Part shown: positions 33,307 to 44,110 of the stretch, in pieces
Layout of the letters: each line of letters starts with the position of its first letter
Numbering within the stretch: position 1 is the stretch's first letter
From: Anthoceros angustus
Lineage: Eukaryota; Plantae; Anthocerotophyta
NCBI GenBank assembly: GCA_010909165.1
Contig: MU008157.1
Location: 496,001-560,000 of the forward strand
DNA: 64,000 nt
Direction: 5' to 3'
Made by a program: the position numbers and the translations under genes
The notes under the pieces: generated by a model
What the model saw: the letters and a program-made list of their open reading frames with translations, nothing else
Told to the model about the DNA's origin: nothing
The model's database searches: none

Positions 33307-36282
33307 TCAAGGGATCGCTCTTGTGTGCGGTAGGGACATAGGGTTTGCGTTTGTGTCAATGGATGGACTGTTTTGTGTGCTAGATAGTGGAACATGTTGC
33401 CCTTCCTTCACGCTGGGAAGGACATGTTGCAGCCGTGCTTGACTCTTGGGATGCTCCTTGTCCCCAGCCAGGAAGGTGTGCACCAGTCCGTCCATATCTG
33501 TCCACCAGCTTTGGCCCGGCTGCTTCCATGCTCTGATTTTCTTTCTCCTGGCCTGCATTTCCTGTCCCTGCTCCCACAGCTGGGCAGTGCTGTATAAGCT
33601 TGACATCAACACGTATGATGCGGCGTCTTTGTGGTCTAGTGTCACTGCTTGGTTGAAAGCTTGGCGGCCCACCTCCACGTTGCTCCATTTTCGACAAGCA
33701 CCTAACAGGGTGCGCCAGACTGTGGCATCAGGTGGTACGGGCATCGTTGTTGCTAGAGTTAGTGCCTCGTCCAGTTGGCCGGCACGGCCCAGGAGATCCA
33801 CCATGCAGGTGTAGTGCTCCACTGCAGGGGTGATACCGTGGTGTTGTTTCATAGCCTCGAAGTACTGTCGGCCCTTGCTGACCAGCCCTGTATGACTGCA
33901 TACTGATAGTATGGCGAGGAATGTGATGGCATCTGGATGTGTGCCATCCCCTTTCATTTTGAGAACCAAGTCGAAGACCTGGTCGCTGGCTCCTTGGTGA
34001 CTGTATCCTGCGATTAGCGCATTCCAAGCGGAAGTGTCTCTTTTGGGCAATGCATCAAACACCTGCTGCGCATCGGCCATGCTCCCACACCTTCCATACA
34101 TGCTTATCAAACTGACAGCCACGGACACATCACCTTGAAGCTCCTGTGCCTCGATCTGGGCATGTAGCTGCCTTCCCAGGTGCAAAGCTGCAACATTTGC
34201 ACATGCTTGCAGGAGGCAGACAAATGTCATGGAATTGGGTACCGCGATGCCTTCGTCTTGCATAGCACTGTAAAGACGAATCGCTTCCTGCCCCATGCAG
34301 TGCTGGGAATAACCTGCAATTAGAGCCGTCCATGTTACCACATCCTTCTCACCGAGTTGGTCAAACATTCTTCGAGCATCCTCCAAGCTGCCACACTTTG
34401 TATACATGTTCACCAAACTGCTGGCAACAAAGATATCAGATTGATATCCTCGTTTCCTGATTTGTGCATGGAGAAGCTTTCCTTTCTCCAAAGCTGGGGT
34501 GCCCACACTTGCACATGCCTGCAGGAGGCACACACTTGTCATGGAATCGGGTATGGAGATGCCTTCTTCTTGCATAGCACTGTAAAGGCCAAGGGCTTCC
34601 TGCCCCCTGCCCTGCTGGGAATATCCTCCAATGAGAGCAGTCCACGTTACCACGTCTTTATGAGCAAGTCCGTCGAACACTCTATGAGCATCTTCCAAGC
34701 TGCCGCACTTTGCGTACATGTTCACCAAACTGTTGGCTACAAACACATCAGCCTGCTCTCCTCGTTCTCTAATTTGGGTATGAATCTGCCTCCCTTTCTC
34801 CAAAACCGAGGTGCCCAAACTTGCACATGCATGAAGGAGGCACACAAATGTCACGGAATTGGGGACAGCAATGCCTTCTTCTTGCATTGCACTGTAAAGC
34901 CGAAGGGCTTCCTGCCCCCTGCCCTGCTGGGAAAAACCTGCAATAAGAGCGGTCCACGACACCACATCTTTCTGACGAAGTCCCTCAAAGACTATCTGGG
35001 CGTCTTCTAGGCTGCCACACTTTGCATACATGTTTACCAAACTATTGGCTACAAACACATCAGCTTGGTACCCTCGGTCTCTGATTTGTGCATGAAGCTG
35101 CTTCCCCCTCCCCAATGCCAGGGTGCCCTCACTTGCACATGCCTGAAGGAGGCACACAAATGTCACAGCATTGGGTACAGCGATGCCTTCGTCTTGCATA
35201 TCACTGTAAAGACAAAGGGCTTCCTGTCCTCTGCCCTGCTGGGAATACCCTGCTATCATAGCATTCCATGTCACCACATCCTTTTGACCAAGTCCCTCGA
35301 ACACTCGTTGAGCCCCTTCCAAGCTGCCACACTTTGCATACATGTCCACCAAGCAACTACAAACGAACAAATCAGGCTCAACGCCAGAAGCCATCACATC
35401 AGCATGCACCTGCTGCCCAGCTATCAAATCTCGTGCCCTTGCACAAGCCTGAAGGGCTGCCACAAAGACATGGCCATCTGGCTTCACACCTGACCTGCGC
35501 ATCCGATGATACAGCTCTATGGCCTCCTTGTCCTGCCCCTGTTGAACATGCGCAGAAATTATGGAAGACCACATGAAGGCATCTGGCTTGCCAACTACGG
35601 TGAACACATCCATCGCGTCTTGCAAGCTGCCATGAGACGCATACATTCGCAGGATATGATTGCCCAGGAAAGTGTCCGACTGGTATCCCTGTCTTACAGT
35701 GAGAGCATGGACCCGACGACCCAGCACAAAATCCTTCTTACCCACGCATCTCTTCAGCACATTGTAGAAAAGAGCATTGGGAATGCAACAGTCAGTCTGC
35801 ACTAAAACTCCCAATGCCTCAACAGCCTCAGTCACATGACCACGATGACAAAGCTGGCTCACGGTTTCAGCCGTTAAGCCCGTGTGCCATCCAGTGGGTC
35901 CGCGAGGGTAAGGGTCATCCGGCAATTCACGAGGACCCATCTCCTGGAGCTCCTCATGCTGGAATGTGATTTCACATCCTCTGGGACGGTCTGGGTCTCT
36001 TGCGCCGGTGGTGCAATTCGTGGCTTCCTTGTTTGCCGACGCTTGCTTCCTCGAAGACAGGCGAGCGGGAGCTCTTCCAGGTAACCCATCACCTTGCTGA
36101 GTCCAGGGAAACGATCCCCACAAGAAGTCCTGGTGCCCTTTGCATGACTCAATTCCCATGCTCGTCGCAACCATAGAGCTACATGAAACTGAGCCGATAC
36201 CTATACATGCTGGGCACTGGCCAGCCCTGTCACATGGCTCTCCCATACCTATACATACATGCTGGGCATGCTTGAAGATCAT
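33307..36282 (-). CDS. PLS-class PPR protein, E1-E2-E+ (PGQSWW box, no intact DYW); organellar RNA-editing factor
   Basis: P-L-S triplets, P2-L2-S2 (VEHYTCMVDLLGRAG), E motifs and QPGQSWW. Intronless. Confidence 0.92.
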   Translation of the reverse strand: MIFKHAQHVCIGMGEPCDRAGQCPACIGIGSVSCSSMVATSMGIESCKGHQDFLWGSFPWTQQGDGLPGRAPARLSSRKQASANKEATNCTTGARDPDRPRGCEITFQHEELQEMGPRELPDDPYPRGPTGWHTGLTAETVSQLCHRGHVTEAVEALGVLVQTDCCIPNALFYNVLKRCVGKKDFVLGRRVHALTVRQGYQSDTFLGNHILRMYASHGSLQDAMDVFTVVGKPDAFMWSSIISAHVQQGQDKEAIELYHRMRRSGVKPDGHVFVAALQACARARDLIAGQQVHADVMASGVEPDLFVCSCLVDMYAKCGSLEGAQRVFEGLGQKDVVTWNAMIAGYSQQGRGQEALCLYSDMQDEGIAVPNAVTFVCLLQACASEGTLALGRGKQLHAQIRDRGYQADVFVANSLVNMYAKCGSLEDAQIVFEGLRQKDVVSWTALIAGFSQQGRGQEALRLYSAMQEEGIAVPNSVTFVCLLHACASLGTSVLEKGRQIHTQIRERGEQADVFVANSLVNMYAKCGSLEDAHRVFDGLAHKDVVTWTALIGGYSQQGRGQEALGLYSAMQEEGISIPDSMTSVCLLQACASVGTPALEKGKLLHAQIRKRGYQSDIFVASSLVNMYTKCGSLEDARRMFDQLGEKDVVTWTALIAGYSQHCMGQEAIRLYSAMQDEGIAVPNSMTFVCLLQACANVAALHLGRQLHAQIEAQELQGDVSVAVSLISMYGRCGSMADAQQVFDALPKRDTSAWNALIAGYSHQGASDQVFDLVLKMKGDGTHPDAITFLAILSVCSHTGLVSKGRQYFEAMKQHHGITPAVEHYTCMVDLLGRAGQLDEALTLATTMPVPPDATVWRTLLGACRKWSNVEVGRQAFNQAVTLDHKDAASYVLMSSLYSTAQLWEQGQEMQARRKKIRAWKQPGQSWWTDMDGLVHTFLAGDKEHPKSQARLQHVLPSVKEGQHVPLSSTQNSPSIDTNANPMSLPHTRAIP

Positions 36283-36458
36283 CACTGTGGTAAATGTAAG
36301 AATTATGAGATGACAACTAGACTAATGAGATTTTTTGCAAAGGCCAGAGCTATAAAGGCCAGTCCCGACGTGAGGGGCGAGGGAGGACGGTGTTGACCGG
36401 GATAGCCTCCTCTGCAGCAGCTGGCTCAAGGGACAGGAGTGTTTGATCTTCATTGGCC

Positions 36459-37683
36459 ATGACGGCAGGCAACGAGGAAGGCGGTAGCGGCGAACACCGT
36501 GTGGAGGTGCCGTCCTACTACGGCACCTTTCAGGATCAACCCAACTATCCGCAGCCAGTGGCCCCCGGCCAGTATCACAAGGGCCAAGGTTGTTTGCTGC
36601 ACCCATCTCCAAGATCCCCAGTAGGCAGATGACATGGAATCAGTCGTGTCCGGTTTACCTGATGTGCTGGGCCTCATGCCGCATTTCGGAAGTTTTTAGG
36701 ACATGTTTTTCTTAGCACGCTCGATTTTGACGGAGGTATAGCAGACTCTAGCTGCTCCTAGGCATTGTGGCAGCTGGAGATCTGGGGAGATAGCACTTTG
36801 AAGCTTGTTGACGTCCCGAACTGGATGGCCATGACGGCAGGGCAAGGCGGAAGCGGAGATTACTACGGGACCTTCCAGGATCAGCCCAACTATCCGCAAC
36901 CGGTGCCGCCCAGCCAGCAGCCTCACTACCCGTACCCTTCACATCAGCGTGGTGGTGGCTACCACCAGGTTCCAGGTTGTTGCCTGCACCCACCCTCAGC
37001 AGGAAAGACATCTCTTTGCTCAACCTGGATGTGCTAGTGCCCCTTTTTGGTTTCTTCTAATATATGATCTCCCAGCTAAGCTCAGATGTGTGGGGAAAAG
37101 CTCGTGGAAGCGTGTCGTGAGGCTGACTAGGCTGCGTTGCAGGCTACCCGTCTGGCGAGCTTGGAGAGTATGTTCAGGACAATCCACTTCCCTTTTGTGG
37201 TCTCGGATTTGGCTGGTTCTTGTAAGGCTTCATCCACTGGGTGCCACCTGAGTTGCACAGTGCTTTCTGCTTTCTTTGGTGTTCCTTGTGAGCTCGCAAT
37301 TTTTTTTCTAGATTGTTCGCCATCACTCTGACGCGTAGTTTTGTGAATTCCAAGGTTCATTCTCGGCTTCTTCTGCGTGATTCCTTGGTACATAGGAGCT
37401 TTCGTTCATTGCTGCTTGCAGCATGATTACCGGGAAAAGAATGGGCTTCTGGCATGCCTCATTATTGTAAGTTTACCGATCTGTTACGGCCGTCCTACGC
37501 ACTTGCTGTTGTCCGTGTGCACTTCTTTTTTTTTTTTGCGCGGCTCAAAGCTCATTGCGGAGCCGTAGTATATTCGTGGAGTTTGAAAGCTTCAATAAGC
37601 TTTGTGGTTTCGCCTGTTGATGGCAGGCTGTGATATTCACGTTTTTCGGGCCGGGTCTATCTAAGGGCTTAAATATGTGGTGA
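36459..37683 (+). CDS. '60S ribosomal protein L18a-like' membrane protein with two alternative first exons (36459-36588 or 36825-36975), then 37143-37221, 37355-37466, 37627-37683
   Basis: Family motifs YYGTFQ..PNYPQP, LPFCGLGFGWFLFILGFF, IPWYIGAF and DYREK. Splice phases are consistent. Confidence 0.8.
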
Positions 37684-38070
37684 TGTTGCCTTGGAAGCAG
37701 CACTTTGTGTTGCCTTGGAAGCAGCACTTTAGCGTTTGTGTTTTCAGCATACCTCGCTGCTGTCGAAAGCCTGGTGCGAAGTGTGTATAATTTGAAGTAG
37801 GTCATCGCTTTGATTGAACCTGTTGTTTGCCCTTTGCAATGTATTGTTCTTGAATCAATAAATAAGTAGCAACGTCATAGGTGTTGGGTTTGCGTTGTGA
37901 AGCATTTACATTTCACTTTTTGAACGGGCGCTGCACAATGTAATAAAAAGATTAATGTTAATACTCGACGACTCCTTTCAGCTTCAACATTGGCCTCAGG
38001 CATAGAGGTGCAGAGAATCGACGCTGTGTCATTTCGAACGATAAAAGTTTCATTCACTTCGGAGACGTAA

Positions 38071-38733
38071 ATGGGTCGTCCAATGTGCGAACGCTGCAGG
38101 AGGCCTGAGTCTGCGTGCCTGTGCGAGGAGCTGCCGCGGGAGCCGGTCCACACGGAGGTGACACAGGTGGTGGTGCTACAGCACCCGCACGAGCAGCGGC
38201 ACAAGCTCTCCACGGCGCCTCTCCTGCCGGCCTGCTTGGCCCGCTGCCACCTCCTGGTCGGCCGCCGATTCGCTCCGGGGCTGCTCCCTCTCCTCGATGC
38301 TCTGGCTGCGACGGCAGCTGCCACACGGCCTCATGTGCTGCTGCTCTTTCCTTCAGCAGGAGCCGCCGACCTGCAGCAATGGAACACCGTCAACAGGACA
38401 GGCAGCAGCGGTAGCCGCGACGTCGTCCTCCTGCTGGTCGACGGGACCTGGAAGCACGCCAAGGAGATGATCAAGGCCAGCATGCCGTTCCTGGCCAGCT
38501 TCGTGGTTCCAGTCTGCTTTCCTCACGACGTCCGCAAGCAGGGGCTCGGCAAGGGAGATGATCTAATTCTGAGGAAGGAGCCGTACGCTGGTTGCATCAG
38601 CACTCTAGAGGCTGTGGCGCGGGCGCTGGCCTGCTTGGAGTCCAATGGCTCGGAAATTCAAGAGAAGCTGCTGTCCGTCTTGCGCAAAATGGTTGCTATC
38701 CAAGCAAGTTACACTCCTCAGCAGCATCGCTGA
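38071..38733 (+). CDS. DTW-domain protein (tRNA-uridine aminocarboxypropyltransferase, DTWD2/TapT-like)
   Basis: CxxCxRP..CLC, LQHPHE, DGTW, and RKEP..CISTLEAVARAL. Confidence 0.9.
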   Translation: MGRPMCERCRRPESACLCEELPREPVHTEVTQVVVLQHPHEQRHKLSTAPLLPACLARCHLLVGRRFAPGLLPLLDALAATAAATRPHVLLLFPSAGAADLQQWNTVNRTGSSGSRDVVLLLVDGTWKHAKEMIKASMPFLASFVVPVCFPHDVRKQGLGKGDDLILRKEPYAGCISTLEAVARALACLESNGSEIQEKLLSVLRKMVAIQASYTPQQHR

Positions 38734-38790
38734 TTATAAGACTTGTAGCATGCAAGTGACTGTACGTGCTTGAAGAACCACTTGATCCCG

Positions 38791-41671
38791 CTATCCTAAG
38801 AGCTGCTGCAGTTGATCGATGTCATTGAGGAGAATCAGACTGCCATCGGCATCCACATCTATTATGGCAGAGTCGCCTTCTTTGATCTGCCCTGCCAGCA
38901 TCCTCTCTGCCACGCCGTCTTCCAGGAGTCTCATGATTGCTCGTCTTAGTGACCTGGCACCATAGCTGGCGCTGTAGCCTTCCTCCACAACATAGTCCCG
39001 AAACCTTTCTGTTACTCGGAGCCCGATTCCCATTTTCTGTAGTCGCTCGAATACGTCTTTTAGCATGATGTCCGCGATTTCCTTGGCTTCGCATTTCGTG
39101 AGCTGCTTGAATACGATGATCTCATCCAGCCTGTTCAGGAACTCTGGCCTGAAGTGATGCTTCAGCTCCACGTCCACCAAGCTCTTCATTCTGGTGTAAC
39201 TGTGGCCAGCAGCCCGCTCTATCACAGTGCTACCAAGGTTGGAAGTCATGATCTGCAGAGTGTTTTTGAAGTCCACTGTCCTACCCTGGCTGTCTGTCAG
39301 TCTCCCATCGTCCAAAATCTGAAGCATCATGTTGAAAACATCAGGATGAGCTTTTTCAACCTCATCGAATAGCACCACTGTGTAAGGACGCCGGCGAACT
39401 GCCTCGGTTAGCTGACCACCGTCACCATATCCAGCATACCCTGGAGGTGATCCAATCAGCTTCGATACTGCGTGCTTCTCCATATACTCGCTCATGTCCA
39501 GCCTGATCATGGCATCCTCAGAACCAAAGTAATAGGATGCTAGAGCTTTAGCCAGCTCCGACTTGCCCACACCTGTGGGGCCACAAAAGATAAAACTAGC
39601 AATTGGGCGCTTTGGGTTCTTCAACCCCACACGGGCACGGCGTATTGCACGGCTAATGGCCTTCACAGCTTCATCTTGACCGATCACACGCTGGTGCAGA
39701 GTCTCTTCCATCTTGAGGAGCCTGTCCGACTCATCTGAGGATACCTTGTCAACTGGAATGCCGGTACAGGCACTTAATATTTGCTGAATATCACCCTCCG
39801 TCACTACAGGTCCAGTTTCAGCAGCATCCTGATCTGCCGACTTCTCACTCCTTCCTTCAGTCATGGAACCAATTTGTGCCATCATCTTAATCTCCCAATC
39901 CCGCAATTCTCCAGCCTGCATGATGAAGAAATATGACATCAATAAGCTTGAAACAACAAGCTACCATCATCATCATGCACAATCTTGTCAAGCACATGAT
40001 AGGTTTGCACACCTTCCAAAAGTCTTGGTCTCGTACTGCTTCATTCTTATCCTTCACTATCAGCTTCAACATCTTGTCACGCTCCTTCGCCTCTTCAGGG
40101 AGCTGAACATGCCAAGCAGTTCAAGGAACAACTTAGGCTAAGCGAGGATGGATCCCTTGCTCCAGCTACCTTCTATACGAAACTTATGAGCAAACATTCA
40201 CCTGAGAAAACCGTAGGCGTACACGGGAGCCAGCTTCATCCATGAGATCTATAGCCTTGTCAGGCAAGCACCTTTCACTGTCAACAGGCCAGGACAAGCA
40301 GTCAGTGCAAACGCTCCACAGAAAAACACCAGAACAGACAAAACACTGATACGAACCTGATATACTGATAAGAAAGTTGTGCTGCAGCTCCAAGTGCTCC
40401 ATCAGTGTACCGCACCTTGTGATGAATTTCATAGCGCTGCCGCAAGGCATGCAAGATCAAAACGGTTTCTGGAACCGAAGGCTCTGGCACTTGAACTGGC
40501 TGAAAACGCCGCTCCAATGCAGGATCTTTCTCAATGTACTTCCTATACTCATCCATGGTGGTAGCACCAATACACTGCAAAGCAGACGCTCAAAATGCAA
40601 ACCGGGATTGTAAGATCAGCTTCTGTGTGAGAGAAATATAGAGGATAGATGTTCAACACGATGGTCAGTATGCAGTACTTGGAGATCACCACGAGCAAGT
40701 GCTGGCTTCAAAATATTGGCAGCGTCCATAGACCCTTCGGCTGACCCAGCTCCAACCAGGGTATGAACCTCATCGATGACAAGAATAATATTGCCGGCTT
40801 GCCTAATCTCCTCAAGGAGTTTCTTAAGCCTTTCCTCAAATTCACCTCGATATGTCGTACCAGCGACAAGCAGCCCTAAGTCCAAACTCACGACCTGCAT
40901 TGAAGAACACGATGATCAAGCCAACATACACAACAAAAGGACCAACACAACAGCCAACGTGGACCAGTCCTACCTTTTTGCCCTCAATGGTCTCTGGCAC
41001 ATCCCCCGCGACTATTCGCTGGGCAAGGCCCTCAGCGATTGCTGTCTTTCCCACTCCAGGCTGCCCAACCAGACAAGGATTGTTTTTCCGTCTCCGGCTA
41101 AGAATTTGAGTCACCCTTTCAATCTCTGTTTGCCTTCCAACCACCGGGTCAAGCTTGCCCTGTTCAACATGCGAGCATGGTCAGAAGCCAGACAATTACA
41201 ACCTTCAGTCAAACAGGACGAACCAAAGCCCCAGAAGAAAGGGAAAGAGACAAACATCTTCTGCAAGCTTGGTCAGGTTAGTTCCGCACTGCTCTAGGGT
41301 TGAAACAGGCGGTGCAGCTTCACGAACAGACCAGAAATTCACCCATAGCTGACAGTTGGGATGACCTGCCACAGGATACAAGCAACAAGAGTCATGTCCG
41401 GCCAGCTGATGGACACGGCAAAGCTAATGAGGCAGGGAGACGTCTGTGGAAACATACGCTTTAATCCTGACTCCTCAGTTCTATCCTGGCACATCCCAGA
41501 AGACGACCAAGAGGCATTCGAGAAGCCCCTGACTTGATTGCCAAGACTGACGTTTCCTTCTGACAAGCATGCTGACGCTGCCCTCCTGGATACTTTGCAA
41601 CCTTGAAGCTCTGCATAGTGGGAATTCACAAGCCTTGCCAACAGCCCAGGTGAGCGCATCCTTCCTCCCAT
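38791..41671 (-). CDS. ClpC-derived Hsp100 AAA+ protein lacking the N-domain and IGF loop, 8 exons
   Basis: In-frame spliced model: 41671-41458, 41365-41256, 41159-40974, 40894-40679, 40574-40357, 40277-40202, ~40102-40013, ~39914-38791. Motifs [27 protein letters not shown], a UVR-like middle domain, GPTGVGKS and [11 protein letters not shown]. Confidence 0.85.
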
Positions 41672-41744
41672 GTTACCACTTGAGGTGGCCTCTCAGGAGC
41701 ATAGTGGAGACCAGGTGGGTGTTTCACTATCACGAGTCACCAGA

Positions 41745-42035
41745 CGCAGCTTCAACAAAACCTGTGAATTCGCAGAATTGGGACTCCCCTTTTCTAGAAT
41801 CTCCCCATTTATTACGATCTCAAATGGTGAGATGGGCTAATGCACTTCGGTGCAGGCAGGAGAATTCACTTCCCCGTGCGATCTTCCCCATGCGACATCG
41901 TTCGGGCTTTAGGGGTTTGGGTTTTGGTCGGTCGACGCCCTAACCATAAAATCCAACAGGAACCAGTACTATGACACACGGATACAGGGAACAGAGAAAG
42001 CTTCCGCTGATACGGGCTGCCTGCCGAGTCGCATA
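41745..42035. promoter_or_regulatory. Diverged duplicate of the panC/PPR intergenic (bidirectional promoter) region, directly upstream of the ClpC-like gene
   Basis: Colinear matches to 43868-44150, e.g. CAGCTTCAA..CTGTGAATT, ATCTCAA.TGGTGA, GCTAATGC, GGGGTTTGGGTTT, GCCCTAA, CACACGGAT, GGGCTGCCTG.CGAGT. Confidence 0.7.
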
Positions 42036-42432
42036 GGCAGGCATTGTTTCTACCAAAGGAATTACGTAACATATTTATCTTGAACGTTAGAACAATAAAG
42101 ACATCCAGCAACCAGGAGGCTAGAACTTGCTAGATTCACATGGCACAGTCCATTCCTCACATAATGAAGTAATTGATCATCAATGAGGCTCCCACAATTT
42201 GCATACATCTCTGTTCTAGTAGCAGCAGGTTGTGTTTGGCACAAGGTGTGCCGCTCAGTAACGCAGACGAGCTCTCGGGACAGGACTCAAGATGCCTCCA
42301 AATCCAGGGACGCGGAACAAAGCCTTGGAATGGCTCCATTCCTCCACTGACCATGGATATTGTAAAGTGTGGCCATCACGTATAGGCTGGCAGCTCATTT
42401 TTCGTCTCGCCATGCCAGCTACCGCTTTCAGC

Positions 42433-43839
42433 TCACCCCAGCGTACAGTGGACGAATGGGCTGACCTCGATATTGTCCAGCAGCCGTACGCTGCCGAACC
42501 AGGCTGCCACAGCAAGCACCACTGGTGAATTCACCACTCGCACCGTTTGCAGTGTTTCCTGTTCCACAACCTGTCTCACGAAATGGAGGTCAAATGAAGG
42601 AAAGGAAACGTACTTGCCTCCAAACGCAATGAAGCAGAAAGTTGGGCAGCAGAGCATCATGAACTTACCTCCACGTAGTCAACTTTGCCGTCGGCTACGC
42701 TGATGGCATGTCTTATCAGTCGTGTCAGGACCTCGGGCTCGGATTCCCCAGCCTCAACAAGCTTTGCACACTCCTGCAACGACCTGCTGATTGACAGAGC
42801 CTGCAAGTTATGAACAGGTCAGACAAGAGGGGCATACGACAACATGTAAAAGGGTTCAATGAGCCATACCCGCTGCCTTTCTGCCGGTGACAATCGTACG
42901 TTGCGGGAGCTCATAGCCAAACCGTCTGCTTCTCGGACCAATGGGCAACCAATAACCTCCACGTCAAAATCCAGATCCCTCACCTGCTACATACATCACT
43001 TTGTCAGCCCCGGTATGGGAAACTTCAGCCAGTATGCAGTTGAGGTGAACGTACCATTCTCTTGATGACACACCACTGCTGATAGTCTTTCTTCCCAAAT
43101 AGGGCATGATCAGGCTCCACAATGTTGAACAGCTTGGCTACGATGGTTGCCACTCCTCTGAGAAAGACTGGTCTGCTGACTCCGCACAGTGGTCTCTCAA
43201 GCTTCTCCACCCTGATCCAAGTCTCATGTCCAGACTCACCATCTTCCTCGAGGCAGGATACCGGAGTGACAGAAACTCCTCTCTGAACCTGTTTTCTCCC
43301 CTCTTCTCTATCGCCGGAATCAGGTCCCCCATCAGTTTGCCCTCCAGGCGTACTTGGACTAGTCCCAGTCACACCTTCATTGGTCGATTTCTTCGATTCA
43401 GCTCGGACATACAGATCATACGGATTGAACACCGCTTCCACATTCAATGGCTGGAAGATTCAAAAAAGTGCACGAATAAACAACCGAGGAAGCCAGACAC
43501 CTTACGCAGACAGGCAAACCAGGCATCCATGAGATGGACTGAACGTGGCAAGGACTAAGGCATTGGGCTGTAAGATCACCTGAGCAGGACCTTTAATCTT
43601 TTGATGTCTCCTTCCAGATCTTTGGGATACGAAGCTAAGTCTTCGCCCGGAGCAAACTGGCTTGGATTCACGTACACAGAAACCACCACGACATCCGCGC
43701 GCTGCCTGGCCTCCCTCACAAGAGAAAGATGACCTTCATGCAGAAATCCCATAGTAGGCACCAATGCCACGGTCTTGCCTGCCGCTTTCTGCTTCCGCGA
43801 CCACTCTCTCATCAGCTTCTTATCCCTGATTATTTCCAT
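42433..43839 (-). CDS. panC: Pantoate--beta-alanine ligase (pantothenate synthetase), multi-exon
   Basis: [69 protein letters not shown] and VRLLDN. Confidence 0.95.
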
Positions 43840-44110
43840 GCCTCCGCTCTCCCTTCCGCTGCTGGAGTCCAGCTTCAATGAAGCTGTGAATTGTACAAGA
43901 TTGCCACTCCCCTCGTCTTGAATTGTTCATCAGTGTAACAATCTCAATTGGTGAAGCTAATGCCCTTCCCTGCAGCAGACAGAGGCATTCACTTTCTCAT
44001 TTGGATCTCCTTCGGGGTATGGGGGTTTGGGTTTGGGTCGAACGATGCCCTAATCACGGAATCAAGCAGGGACAAAACGATGGCACACGGATGATGACAG
44101 GGATCAGAGC
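43840..44110. promoter_or_regulatory. Short (about 270 bp) bidirectional promoter region between panC and the PPR gene
   Basis: Head-to-head start codons. Confidence 0.55.
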
